The notes: a model not told the origin generated them from the sequence alone. Positions 48,231-58,318 are shown, numbered from the stretch's first letter. The stretch is 64,000 bases of DNA from a virus (IMGVR_UViG_3300013372_003978:23688-87687); one strand, 5' to 3'. Numbers and translations: made by a program.

Positions 48231-49739
48231 ATGTCAACACTAGACAAAAAAAATAAAATAACTGCAAAGATTGCCTCTACCAAAGTAATGATAGCAGATA
48301 AATCTGATAAGTTCAATAAAAAGAAAACAGAGGCCTTAGAATCTTTTAACAATGCGAAAGGTAAAGTAGTTGCGTTTTTAACCGACTTGCTTACCATTCT
48401 TGTTGGTTTTAAATTGCTAATAGATACTATTGTAGATACTTTTACATATTATCTAAGCAAGATAGAAAAAGAAATTAAAAAAGGTCTTAAAATCGAATTA
48501 AAGAGTATTGTAAGTTGTGGTATCAATCCCAGCTTACCAGATTTTTTGATGTCAACAGGTACTGGTATAATTATTGAAGTTAATAAAATTGATTTTTTTG
48601 ATGTTTTTAAAGTTGACCCAAATTCTAAATCTGGTAAACTATTATACAAAGATATAGTTAACCCAGCATATAATAGTAGTGATTTTAATACATTTTTATA
48701 TGGCGTTATTCAAGACGATAACGTCTTACACTATTGGAAAAATACCTCAAATTTACCATTAATAAGTGTTATGTTTAATTCTCAAGGTACTAGCACTAGA
48801 CCAAACAATAGTTTAACTATTAAAGCTGCACCTAGTTATGATACTAAAAAACTTACTGATTTAAACAACGATTTTTTAGATACTATCACGTTATTTAATA
48901 CACAAGGAATAATTAATCGTATTTTAGATTCTATTTACGGTTCAATTTCTTTTAGTATAAACAAAAGTAAAAAACAATTAATTAATGAGGCTAAAATAAA
49001 TACGGTAATTGAAAAAATGATGGATGCTGATGCTAATGATATTATTAGTGATGAGTATTTCACTTTTACTAATGATGAAACATTTGAGAATGAAGAACGT
49101 GCTACATTAAGACAACAAGGAGTGCATGTATTACAATTATCTACACCAACAAATGCATCAATTCCAATGTCAATGTTAACTGATATGAATGACCAATTAG
49201 ATATACCTAATTTAACGGCAATTCAACAAAAAGCAATTATTTCTGAGAATTTAAGTAAAATGGCTGACCAAACTACTATCAATAATTTACCTAATTTCCC
49301 ACCAATTCCAAAAATACCTAACATACCAAAGATGCCAGTATTGCCATCAATTCCCGATAATGTTTCGATAAAATTAAGTTTTACTACCGAAATATTTAAA
49401 AATTTTACTAAAACAATTATTAGTAGTGTGTTATCACCTAAAGTAATTATGATTTTTTTAATAAATCTTAAAATAGTGTATGGGGAAAAAGCAGTGTATG
49501 AAGATGGTGTTGATTTCATCAAAAAAAATAAAAATATATTCAAAGCATTAATAAAAGGTATAACAACAATAATTATAAAGATTCTTTTAGGTTTAGCTTT
49601 AAAAGAAATTTCTAAAATAGTAGCTAAAGCCATAGTTAAAAAAAGAATTGAAAAAATGAAACATAGGAAAGACCAAATGTTATCATTGGTTGGTGTTGGA
49701 ATGCAAACTTTAAATAATCTAGCAAACACAATAGTATAA
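48231..49739 (+). CDS. Hypothetical protein (probable tail/baseplate component)
   Basis: 502 aa in an operon with the spike gene; short Pro-rich PxIP repeats; amphipathic helices. Confidence 0.6.
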   Translation: MSTLDKKNKITAKIASTKVMIADKSDKFNKKKTEALESFNNAKGKVVAFLTDLLTILVGFKLLIDTIVDTFTYYLSKIEKEIKKGLKIELKSIVSCGINPSLPDFLMSTGTGIIIEVNKIDFFDVFKVDPNSKSGKLLYKDIVNPAYNSSDFNTFLYGVIQDDNVLHYWKNTSNLPLISVMFNSQGTSTRPNNSLTIKAAPSYDTKKLTDLNNDFLDTITLFNTQGIINRILDSIYGSISFSINKSKKQLINEAKINTVIEKMMDADANDIISDEYFTFTNDETFENEERATLRQQGVHVLQLSTPTNASIPMSMLTDMNDQLDIPNLTAIQQKAIISENLSKMADQTTINNLPNFPPIPKIPNIPKMPVLPSIPDNVSIKLSFTTEIFKNFTKTIISSVLSPKVIMIFLINLKIVYGEKAVYEDGVDFIKKNKNIFKALIKGITTIIIKILLGLALKEISKIVAKAIVKKRIEKMKHRKDQMLSLVGVGMQTLNNLANTIV

Positions 49740-50179
49740 TGAGTACAGATGTAAATAAAAAAGATGAAAATGAGGACACAGGATTTTTGGATTCTATTGA
49801 TGGTGTATTAGATACGTTATTAGCCGCCTTTTCAGTTCCAGAAGAACCAGTTGCCCCATTACCACCACCCCTTATATTGGTAGGTGCTAAATTAAGACCA
49901 GGTGTTTCAACAACATCGGTTGTTTCAAGTGTTATTGCTAGACAAACGGAAGCTGGTTTACCTGTCGGTGATGTTTTTGCGGATGGTCCCAATACCAATG
50001 AATTAATGATTAAAATAATTGTTGAAGAAGTAATGAATACGTTATTAAATGAATGTGTTGTTAACGTAGTAATTGACCCAGGGATTCCAGTAATGGTGGT
50101 TGGTGCAAATGGTGGTGGTCCAATGATTTCAATGGGTTACACAACCTTATATGGTAGTGGTAATGGTATAATAAGATAA
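49739..50179 (+). CDS. Hypothetical baseplate-region protein
   Basis: 146 aa; coupled via TAATG. Confidence 0.6.
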   Translation: MSTDVNKKDENEDTGFLDSIDGVLDTLLAAFSVPEEPVAPLPPPLILVGAKLRPGVSTTSVVSSVIARQTEAGLPVGDVFADGPNTNELMIKIIVEEVMNTLLNECVVNVVIDPGIPVMVVGANGGGPMISMGYTTLYGSGNGIIR

Positions 50180-50194
50180 TAAAATTAAAAAAAT

Positions 50195-50371
50195 ATGAGT
50201 AAATTAGATGATATGAGTAACAATGAAATACTTTTTCTTGTTAAACAACTTGAAGCTGACCATGAAGCTATTAAGCTTAAAATGATTAAAGATTATGATA
50301 AAATGGTAGAAATAGAAAAAGAATTTGATGACGCAAATAAATTATTACTTAAAAGACTTAAAGGAGAATAA
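50195..50371 (+). CDS. Small coiled-coil protein (58 aa, below ORF-track cutoff)
   Basis: MSKLDDMSNNEILFLVKQLEADHEAIKLKM...; A-rich leader; its stop overlaps the next ATG (TAATG). Confidence 0.7.
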   Translation: MSKLDDMSNNEILFLVKQLEADHEAIKLKMIKDYDKMVEIEKEFDDANKLLLKRLKGE

Positions 50372-51387
50372 TGATAGGAAATAACAATTCAACAGTTGGT
50401 ACTGGTAGAGCAAGTAGTTATGATACTAAAGATTCATATAAACATCTAGTTATAGGTGAAGTTAAGATTGTGGATGACCCTCAAGGTCTTGGTAGAATTA
50501 AAGTTAGAATAAAAGGTGTTATTGGTTTGGGTGGTGATGATAGCAAAGCAGATGTTGATTTACCATGGGCTTTTCCACTTATGCCAAAAATGTTTAATAT
50601 TCAACCAAAAGTGGGTGAAAGTGTTTATATCTTTAATTTTGGTAAAGATAAACAACATGTGGATAGAGTATATATAGGACCCATAATTTCCCAATCTCAA
50701 AAATTAAATTTTGATTCTCACTATGGAAGTGCACTAGCTGGTTTTAGTTTTGGAACACAAGCAGCAAATGTTAATATTACTAATGTACCAGATTTAAATG
50801 GTGTTTTTCCTGAACCTAGCGATGTTTCAATAGAAGGAAGATATAATACGGATATTATACAAAAATATAATGAAATAGTTATTAGAGCTGGTAAATTTGA
50901 AGCATCAACACAAACATTTGAAAACCCTTATACTTTTAAATTTAACAAAACAACACAAGCTTTTATACAAATTAAAAATGATGTTAAACTTAAAAATGAT
51001 ATGCAATTTTTAAATTTTGATAATTTATCTTCTGAAAAAGGTACTGTTACCAACATAGTATCAAACAAAATAAATCTTATAACTCATAGTGGTGGTTATC
51101 CTAGATTTAATGTAACTAATCAAACAGATTTAATTTCTGAAGATGAATTACTTAAAATACTATCTTCAGAAATTGAAGGTGGTGCTCATAGACTTCCTTT
51201 TGGTGATGTGTTATTAGAATATTTAAAATTACTTAAAAATGCATTATTATTTCACGTACATAGAGGTAACGGCCTTACGGGTACAGATTTAGCTACTTCT
51301 GGAAATGTTCAAGCAATGGCAGAATTCAAATCAAAAGCTGAAGATTTAGAGAAAAAAATGTTGAGCAATAATGTTAGAATTAATTAA
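50371..51387 (+). CDS. Baseplate central spike/hub (gp5/gpV OB-fold)
   Basis: DDPQGLGRIKVRI...LPWAFP...PKVGESV; C-terminal HVH metal-binding motif. Confidence 0.75.
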   Translation: MIGNNNSTVGTGRASSYDTKDSYKHLVIGEVKIVDDPQGLGRIKVRIKGVIGLGGDDSKADVDLPWAFPLMPKMFNIQPKVGESVYIFNFGKDKQHVDRVYIGPIISQSQKLNFDSHYGSALAGFSFGTQAANVNITNVPDLNGVFPEPSDVSIEGRYNTDIIQKYNEIVIRAGKFEASTQTFENPYTFKFNKTTQAFIQIKNDVKLKNDMQFLNFDNLSSEKGTVTNIVSNKINLITHSGGYPRFNVTNQTDLISEDELLKILSSEIEGGAHRLPFGDVLLEYLKLLKNALLFHVHRGNGLTGTDLATSGNVQAMAEFKSKAEDLEKKMLSNNVRIN

Positions 51388-51397
51388 TTTTCTTAGA

Positions 51398-51405
51398 TAT
51401 TTATA
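51398..51405 (+). promoter_or_regulatory. Putative late promoter TATTTATA
   Basis: 14 nt before the ATG at 51420. Confidence 0.6.
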
Positions 51406-51419
51406 TATAAAAGAAAACA

Positions 51420-52811
51420 ATGGTAATTAGAACATATTTTGATAAGAACAATACAATCGTTAGCAGTCAAAGCGTAAATACTGGGTTAAACCCAGTAACT
51501 GAATTATTTTATGGTGGTGCCGCTGGTATGGAAAAATTTAGTAGATTCTTATTTCATTTTGATGAAACTAGACTTAAAGACTTATATACAGGTGGAACAT
51601 ACACTGACATAACTAAATTAAAACATACTCTTAGACTTACCAATACAGCTTCATTTGATACTAATTTATTAAATAAAAGTATGGCAGCTAAAAAAAGAGC
51701 TTCCTCTTTTGATTTAATAACATTTAAAATTAATCAAAATTGGGATAACGGTGTTGGTTATGATTATGAAATACCAATACTAATAGGTGGCGATGATGCC
51801 TATGCTAACACAGCTTCCAATTGGGTCAACGCTCAAACAGGTATTAGTTGGGCTAATGGTACTGGTGTTTATTCAGCTTCACCAGCTAGTATTACAGTAG
51901 CAACACAACATTTTGATAAAGGTAATGAAAATATTGAAATGGATATTACTGATTATGTTAATAGTGTTCTTACTGGTAACACTAATTATGGTTTAGGTAT
52001 TGCTTTTAGTAGAGGTTACGAACAAATGACCAATGGTACCCTTCAATATGTTGGTTTCTTTACAAACAACACACAAACATTCTACGAACCATTTATTGAA
52101 ACAATATACGATAATCATATTACTGATGATAGAAATTATTTTGTTTTAGATAAACCAAACAAATTATACCTATACGTAAATGTAAATGGAAACCCTGTTA
52201 ACTTAGATACTAAACCTAGTGTTGATGTTAATGATGGTTACGCTACTTATACACCTTCACAAGTTAATCACGTTAGCAAAGGTGTATATTCAATTGATTT
52301 AATCGTTAACTCAGCTGATGGTACACCAGATACTATTTGGGAAGATAAATGGACAGGTATTGTTCTTAATGGTGTTTCTAGACCTGATATAACACTTGAT
52401 TTTGTATTAAAAGACTCTATGAACTACTACAACCTAGGAAGTGATGATATGTTACCTAAAAAAGTTGCTGTAACTATTGGTGGTTTGCAAAATAAAGAAA
52501 AAATTAAACGTGGAGATATTCGTAAGGTTATTGTATCTGCTAGAATCCCTTTTACCATAGAACAAACACAATATATAGATAATCTTAAATATAGACTTTA
52601 TGTATCAGAAGGTTCAGCTGAATTAACTGTAATTGATTTTCAACCAGTTGAAATGGCCAATAATTATTACTATTTCTTATTGGATACAGCTAGTCTTATC
52701 CCAACAACATATTATATTGACGTATTGGCTACATCTAATTCAGAAGTTACAACACTTAAAAATGTTGTTCAGTTTGATATAGTAAATCAAGTCGATTTAA
52801 GAAAAAGATAG
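51420..52811 (+). CDS. Virion structural protein (beta-rich, baseplate region)
   Basis: 463 aa; SRFLFHFD, WDNGVG, MDITDYV, NYGLGI pattern reminiscent of DNRLRE-like domains. Confidence 0.55.
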   Translation: MVIRTYFDKNNTIVSSQSVNTGLNPVTELFYGGAAGMEKFSRFLFHFDETRLKDLYTGGTYTDITKLKHTLRLTNTASFDTNLLNKSMAAKKRASSFDLITFKINQNWDNGVGYDYEIPILIGGDDAYANTASNWVNAQTGISWANGTGVYSASPASITVATQHFDKGNENIEMDITDYVNSVLTGNTNYGLGIAFSRGYEQMTNGTLQYVGFFTNNTQTFYEPFIETIYDNHITDDRNYFVLDKPNKLYLYVNVNGNPVNLDTKPSVDVNDGYATYTPSQVNHVSKGVYSIDLIVNSADGTPDTIWEDKWTGIVLNGVSRPDITLDFVLKDSMNYYNLGSDDMLPKKVAVTIGGLQNKEKIKRGDIRKVIVSARIPFTIEQTQYIDNLKYRLYVSEGSAELTVIDFQPVEMANNYYYFLLDTASLIPTTYYIDVLATSNSEVTTLKNVVQFDIVNQVDLRKR

Positions 52812-52819
52812 TAGAACAC

Positions 52820-52851
52820 TTGACAAAAAAATATTTTGTTGTATATTTATC
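52820..52851 (+). promoter_or_regulatory. Promoter TTGACA...TATATTTAT (hybrid host/late type)
   Basis: TTG at 52820, N19, TATATTTA at 52842-52849. Confidence 0.6.
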
Positions 52852-52957
52852 ATTAACGTTAACTCACGTATTGGTTTCGAGTCATTTTGACTTTAGAGTT
52901 GTTTAGGCAACAAAGAAATTAGTACAATAATAACAAAAATTAAAAAGTTAAAAAAAC

Positions 52958-53911
52958 ATGAAACAATCAATCTGTGAACCTACTAAAAAGGTTCCAACAG
53001 CAAACCTTGCTGTAAACAAAAGTAGAATAAAACTCTACAACAAACAAGGCGAAATGCCGACTTATTATCTTCAAAACGGAACAGAGTTCCAAATTGAATT
53101 ATTTAACCCTACAAGAGACGTTGTATTAGCTAAAATCACACTTAACGGTAATCCTATCTCACAAGGCGGTCTTGTTTTAAATCCTGGCCAAAGAGTGTTC
53201 TTAGAACGTTATTTAGATATAGCAAAAAAATTTCTATTCGATACTTATGAAGTAGCCAAAACATCTGAAGCTCAAGAAGCAATAGAAAAGAATGGTGATT
53301 TTAAAGTTGAGTTCTTTAGAGAAAGAACCCCTTATCATAATCCATTTATATTAAATACAAATACCAATCATAGAACCATTTATGGTGGACCAAATACTAT
53401 AAATCTAAATGGAATTCTTATAGGGAATTCAACTGGTGGTTATGTTGGTCAAACTACAACAAATATCACCGATACATTTACTACTAATTCTGCTAATTCA
53501 ACAAATACATTAGGATTAACTGGTATGATTACCAACACAAGTACTTTAACTAGTGGTACCAACGCTTTCTTTAATCAAACAGCAAGTAATACTGGTAGTG
53601 TTAGTATGGATAGTCTTTATGATACTGATGTAACATATTCACAAAGAACTGTACCAATGAAAAAAAGTAAAAAATCTTTATTGGTTGAAACTGGTAGAGT
53701 GGAAAAAGGTTCATCATCTGACCAAAAAATAAAAACGATAGATAAAGATTTTGAATATTTTTCATTTCATACTATCGAATGTAAAATGCTTCCAATATCT
53801 CAAAAGATAAACACAGCCGAAGATATAAATGTAAAAGTATATTGTACAAACTGTGGTGCCAAATTAGGTAAAGGACACAAATTCTGCAGCTCATGCGGAA
53901 CTAAAGCTTAA
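52958..53911 (+). CDS. Hypothetical protein with C-terminal zinc ribbon
   Basis: 317 aa; Thr/Asn-rich linker; CTNCG...FCSSCG. Confidence 0.75.
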   Translation: MKQSICEPTKKVPTANLAVNKSRIKLYNKQGEMPTYYLQNGTEFQIELFNPTRDVVLAKITLNGNPISQGGLVLNPGQRVFLERYLDIAKKFLFDTYEVAKTSEAQEAIEKNGDFKVEFFRERTPYHNPFILNTNTNHRTIYGGPNTINLNGILIGNSTGGYVGQTTTNITDTFTTNSANSTNTLGLTGMITNTSTLTSGTNAFFNQTASNTGSVSMDSLYDTDVTYSQRTVPMKKSKKSLLVETGRVEKGSSSDQKIKTIDKDFEYFSFHTIECKMLPISQKINTAEDINVKVYCTNCGAKLGKGHKFCSSCGTKA

Positions 53912-53938
53912 AAAATAAACTATAAGAGTTAACGTTAT

Positions 53939-53968
53939 AAAAAACCTAGAGAAAATCTAGGTTTTTTT
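53939..53968. terminator. Bidirectional intrinsic terminator
   Basis: aaaaaacctaga-gaaaa-tctaggttttttt between convergent genes. Confidence 0.9.
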
Positions 53969-53971
53969 ATT

Positions 53972-54424
53972 TTATAATGAGAACCAATTAGGTAATCCAG
54001 ACCATTTTGTTTTTAAAGCTGTTTTACCATTTTCAAACCAGTCTGGAAATTTTGTATAATATCCACCTATTTTTTTATATTCTGATGGTATTTGTGCTTC
54101 AGGTGTTATTTTTAATGGTTCAGTAATTCTTGGAAATTGGTTAGCGGTAAAATCAATACCATAACCATCAAGGATACTAAATATGTGTGAGTCACCTTCT
54201 CCAGATACACCAGGAAATTTTTTAATATCCAAAGGTGGTGCTAAAAGAAAAACATAAGGTTCAATTTTTTTATTTTGTTTTAACCAATTAACAAATTTAT
54301 AAGTTGAATTTTTACAATCATCACTTGCATTATATGATTGAGAATTCATAAATTCTTTTGCTAAATTTATTATTCCATTATAATCTAATCCTTCTCTTAA
54401 TAGTTTTTTAATTATTTGATTCAT
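53972..54424 (-). CDS. Putative Cys-His-Asp (transglutaminase/papain-like) protein, possibly head-packaged
   Basis: DDCKNS...SHIF...IDFTANQF; N-terminal IKKLLREG. Confidence 0.45.
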   Translation of the reverse strand: MNQIIKKLLREGLDYNGIINLAKEFMNSQSYNASDDCKNSTYKFVNWLKQNKKIEPYVFLLAPPLDIKKFPGVSGEGDSHIFSILDGYGIDFTANQFPRITEPLKITPEAQIPSEYKKIGGYYTKFPDWFENGKTALKTKWSGLPNWFSL

Positions 54425-54425
54425 T

Positions 54426-55070
54426 TTATTTTATATTTAAATTCATTTTATTAGTTTTAAAAATATTATTTAAATCTTTAAGTGATATACTTGTTATTAA
54501 TCCATTTATATTAGAACCAATCCAACATTGTATCTTTACGTCTAGAAATAACACTTTAAAATATGAACTTGGAATTGGTATTCTAGACTTTGCTAAAAAT
54601 ACTTTCTTATTTGGGTCATATATGACTCCTGTGACAATAACCGCATCTTTCTTAGCTTCCCCTATCATATCTTCAATACTGCGTTCTAATTGAGCCCATA
54701 CACCTCTATTAAAACCTGCCAATTGTGGTGCTTGGTTAAACATGCTAAATGAATCATGATTAAGTTTATTATCGTAAGATGTAATATGTGATGGTGTTAA
54801 ATGACCTAAATCATATCCAGTATGTATAAATTTATCTTTTATGTATTTTCCTTTATAAATATCTTGAAACCAATTATTATCTCTTTCTTTATCTAATTTT
54901 AAATAATTAGCATATGTGATTACATGTTTAGATACGTATGTACATGTATCTTTGGTTAAATATAAAGTTATATCACCATGTGGAATAATTAATTTGTTAT
55001 CTGTAATAACTGTCTGTGCATAGTTGTTTATTTCAATAAACAACATTAATAATAAAAACATTTTCTTCAT
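54426..55070 (-). CDS. DNA/RNA non-specific endonuclease with signal peptide
   Basis: GYDLGHLTP, NQAPQ...FNRGVWAQLE, IPSSYFKV; the start at 55070 gives MKKMFLLLMLFIEINNYA-Q. Confidence 0.85.
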   Translation of the reverse strand: MKKMFLLLMLFIEINNYAQTVITDNKLIIPHGDITLYLTKDTCTYVSKHVITYANYLKLDKERDNNWFQDIYKGKYIKDKFIHTGYDLGHLTPSHITSYDNKLNHDSFSMFNQAPQLAGFNRGVWAQLERSIEDMIGEAKKDAVIVTGVIYDPNKKVFLAKSRIPIPSSYFKVLFLDVKIQCWIGSNINGLITSISLKDLNNIFKTNKMNLNIK

Positions 55071-55073
55071 ACC

Positions 55074-55081
55074 TATAAATA
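55074..55081 (-). promoter_or_regulatory. Putative late promoter TATTTATA, near-leaderless
   Basis: GATATTTATAGGT-ATG on the minus strand, just after the capsid terminator. Confidence 0.5.
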
Positions 55082-55090
55082 TCCTACAAA

Positions 55091-55126
55091 ACAAAAAAGA
55101 CCACCGTAATGGTAGTCTTTTTTTGT
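55091..55126 (-). terminator. Intrinsic terminator after major capsid gene
   Basis: acaaaaaagaccacc-gtaat-ggtagtctttttttgt. Confidence 0.85.
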
Positions 55127-55143
55127 TTATATAAGAAATTTGA

Positions 55144-56985
55144 TTATCTTAATTCGTTGATGTTGAATGTTGGAACACCATCAACTCTTACATGGCCGTA
55201 AAAACGATTATTGACTACCTTTTTAGCATATCTAGTCATAATACCTTTAACTGGAGCAAAGTTGAACGGATTGTACATCGTTGGAGTTAATTGTAATGGT
55301 ACGTATGGAGCATAGATGTAACCAGTGTCAAGCAATGATTTTCCTTTGTGTCCGATGATTACTGAGTAAGCTGGAGCATAAGGGTCACGGTACACTTGGT
55401 AACGACCACTTAATGAACCAATTCTTTCAATACCCATGTTGTAAGAATCTTGTTCTGGGTTAGCATCACTTACGTGGAAGTATTCTAAATCATCAAAGAT
55501 AGCAGAGATTTCAGAAGAAACTACGATAAAGTTAGCACCACCTCTAAGAGTAGATTTGTGGATTTGAGCAGAAACTTGGTTTAATCTAGTGATTAAAGTT
55601 TGGTTCCATTCTTTTTGAGTGTATGGGTTAGCAGACGTTGCAGCTTTTCTCCATCCATTATAATCCCATCTCAATTGCCAAGCAGCAGCTTTACGGATAT
55701 CTCTTAAGATTTCACGGTCAATTTCAGCAGCAACTTGTTCTGATAACATTGCAGTTAATTCAGCTTCAGCATCGATGTTGTGGAATGCACTAACGTCTTG
55801 AGCAAGCTCTGGAGACCAAGTAGCACGTAATTTTCTTTCTTCTACAGAAACAACAACTTCATCCAATTTGAAAGATACTTCTCCCATTTCAGTTTCAAGC
55901 TCTAATGATTTGTAGTTAGCCCATGCAGCTGTGAAAGTAAATGCAGAAGCAGTAGTTGCAGATGCACCTTTGTAACCATCATAAGTAGCTGTACCTGTTT
56001 GAGATACTGGAGCAGATAAATCTAATCCTAAGTAGCAAACACCAGTACCATCAGTTAATGAATTTGAACCAGATACGATACCTTTTCCGTATTGTTGAGT
56101 AACAAGTCTGAAAGGAACTTCTTTTCCAGCAGCAACAATAACTCCACCATCACTATTTAAAATAGCATTAGAAGAAATTACGTGTAATGATGCTAAGAAT
56201 GATTCAGTATCCATTTGGTTACCATCAGCACCTGTCATAACTTCTCTACCATTAGTAGTTAAACCAGCAGAGAATCCTGAGATACCAATTACGATTTGTC
56301 TTACAGTACCATCAGTAGCAGTAGCTAAAGTAGAAGCAGGAGCAACAACAGAATAATTACCATCAGTACCTAATGCATATTTAGCACATACATTATCAGC
56401 CATAATAGTCATTGTACCTTTTGAGTTATCAAATAAACCATCATTGTAGAATGCATCGTACAAGTTTTTAGCTTGCATTTGAGTTAATGGAGTAGAAGCT
56501 TTAGTTACAGCAACAGGTAAAGCAGCAGCAGTAGCATCACCATTGTGTAAACCATTTAATCCTGTGTGAGCAGAATAAGTAGTTCCGTAAACACCATCAC
56601 CACCATTAGCAGCATAGTTATTCCCAGCAACACCAGCAGCATCAACACGAGAAGATGTTTGTGGAACGAAGAAGAATAATTTACCGATTGGCATGTTCAT
56701 AGCTTGTACAGACACGATGTCGTTAGCAAGCAATTTAGAGAATACTCTACGTACAATTGGGAAAACAACAGTTTCGAAAGAACCTGAGTTTGTAGCAGTT
56801 GTAGATTCGCTTAATAATGTAGACGCTTGGTTTTCATATAACTGAGCGATGTTTTCTTTAACGTGTCCTTTAAGACCTTCAAGAAAACCTAATGAATCCC
56901 ATTTTGATTGGGTTTCTAAACGGATAGCTTTCATATGGTTAAGACCAATATTTCCAACTTGTCCAGATGTTAATAAATGTGACAT
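55144..56985 (-). CDS. Major capsid protein (T4 gp23 family)
   Basis: VRRVF...VSVQAMNMP.G..F, RKLRATWSPELAQD...HNIDAEAEL...EIDREI, YAPYVPL, GIMTRYA; strong codon bias. Confidence 0.97.
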   Translation of the reverse strand: MSHLLTSGQVGNIGLNHMKAIRLETQSKWDSLGFLEGLKGHVKENIAQLYENQASTLLSESTTATNSGSFETVVFPIVRRVFSKLLANDIVSVQAMNMPIGKLFFFVPQTSSRVDAAGVAGNNYAANGGDGVYGTTYSAHTGLNGLHNGDATAAALPVAVTKASTPLTQMQAKNLYDAFYNDGLFDNSKGTMTIMADNVCAKYALGTDGNYSVVAPASTLATATDGTVRQIVIGISGFSAGLTTNGREVMTGADGNQMDTESFLASLHVISSNAILNSDGGVIVAAGKEVPFRLVTQQYGKGIVSGSNSLTDGTGVCYLGLDLSAPVSQTGTATYDGYKGASATTASAFTFTAAWANYKSLELETEMGEVSFKLDEVVVSVEERKLRATWSPELAQDVSAFHNIDAEAELTAMLSEQVAAEIDREILRDIRKAAAWQLRWDYNGWRKAATSANPYTQKEWNQTLITRLNQVSAQIHKSTLRGGANFIVVSSEISAIFDDLEYFHVSDANPEQDSYNMGIERIGSLSGRYQVYRDPYAPAYSVIIGHKGKSLLDTGYIYAPYVPLQLTPTMYNPFNFAPVKGIMTRYAKKVVNNRFYGHVRVDGVPTFNINELR

Positions 56986-57034
56986 AATTTATTGTTTTTT
57001 TTGTTTTATTGTTATGGTTATTGTATTAATTTTA

Positions 57035-58318
57035 TTATCCAACTCTTTTCATCAAATCAATGATTCTTTTAGTTGAAGGGTCAACATATGCAGTACTTTC
57101 ATTTAATTGTTTTGAACTACCTGTTGTAACCTCTTTGATTAGTTTACTTTCTACTGATTCACTAATTGGTTTTCTAGATTCCAATCCATTGATAATAGAT
57201 TTGTAAAGATTTTTAGATTCTTTAAGGTTTGAAACTTCTTCATCAAATCTTTTGATAATAGTTTGTTTCTCCGCTTTAGTTGTAGAATGTTCCATCAAAA
57301 TTCTTGTTACGTAAGTAAGATTTGAATTAAACACTACAGTTTCTACTAATTTAGTTCTAAATTCTTTTAAAGCTTTTCTGAATTCTTCATTCTCAACTTT
57401 AAGTTTTTTAGCTTCAGTTAATAGGTTATTATATTTAGTTGTTGTTTCAGAAACTAATTTTCTAGCAGCTTGAGCTTCTTCGATGGTTTCTTTAGAACTA
57501 GGAATATGTGCAGCACCGTGCATTTTTTGTCCTTGTCTTCCAGCATAACCTCTTGTATGACCTAAGTTTTCTTCTAGTTCTTCTTCAGTATCCTCTTCTT
57601 CGTCTTCTTCCTCTTCAGGAGTTTCTTCTTCAGATTCTTCTTCTTCTTCACCAGCTTCAAATTCAGGAGCTTCTTCAGATTCTTCTTCGTCTGATTCTTC
57701 GTCACCCATTTCGATTTCGTAATCTACATCATCGGATTCTTCATCACCCATTTCTTCTTCATCACCTAAACCATCAAGGTCTAAATCATCAGAAGGCATT
57801 TCTTCACTTGCAGGAGAACCACCGTTCATTTTAACAACGTATTCTCCAGGCTCAGAAACATTCAAATGAATTTCATCACCAACGATTTCAATTTCGTCTT
57901 CACCGCTTAGTTTTTTGTAAATTGCTATAACTTCATCATCAGATGATGCAGTCATGTCCATATCGTCTCCACCTAACGCATCAGCGTCCATACCCATTTC
58001 TGGTTCCATTTCTGGACCCACTTCTTCAGAGCCTTCAATGTCTTCTAAGTCATCAGATGCATCGATACCTTCTTCGTCACCACCATCTAATCCTAGTTCA
58101 TCACTAGCACCCATATCAGTGTCTAAGCCTGTATCTGTATCTAAATCTTCTTCTTCATACTCTTCTTCTTTAACATCCATAAGAGATTCTTTCACCACAC
58201 TATCAATTTCTTCTTTAGCTACGCTACGAAGTATTTCTTTTGTATTGGCGTTTAGAGCTTCTTGGATTTTATTAATATCCAATAATGCTTCTTCAAGTAT
58301 TGATTTTTTTTCAGCCAT
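57035..58318 (-). CDS. Prohead scaffolding/core protein (gp22-like)
   Basis: Very acidic centre, coiled-coil C-terminus; lies between protease and capsid genes. Confidence 0.8.
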   Translation of the reverse strand: MAEKKSILEEALLDINKIQEALNANTKEILRSVAKEEIDSVVKESLMDVKEEEYEEEDLDTDTGLDTDMGASDELGLDGGDEEGIDASDDLEDIEGSEEVGPEMEPEMGMDADALGGDDMDMTASSDDEVIAIYKKLSGEDEIEIVGDEIHLNVSEPGEYVVKMNGGSPASEEMPSDDLDLDGLGDEEEMGDEESDDVDYEIEMGDEESDEEESEEAPEFEAGEEEEESEEETPEEEEDEEEDTEEELEENLGHTRGYAGRQGQKMHGAAHIPSSKETIEEAQAARKLVSETTTKYNNLLTEAKKLKVENEEFRKALKEFRTKLVETVVFNSNLTYVTRILMEHSTTKAEKQTIIKRFDEEVSNLKESKNLYKSIINGLESRKPISESVESKLIKEVTTGSSKQLNESTAYVDPSTKRIIDLMKRVG

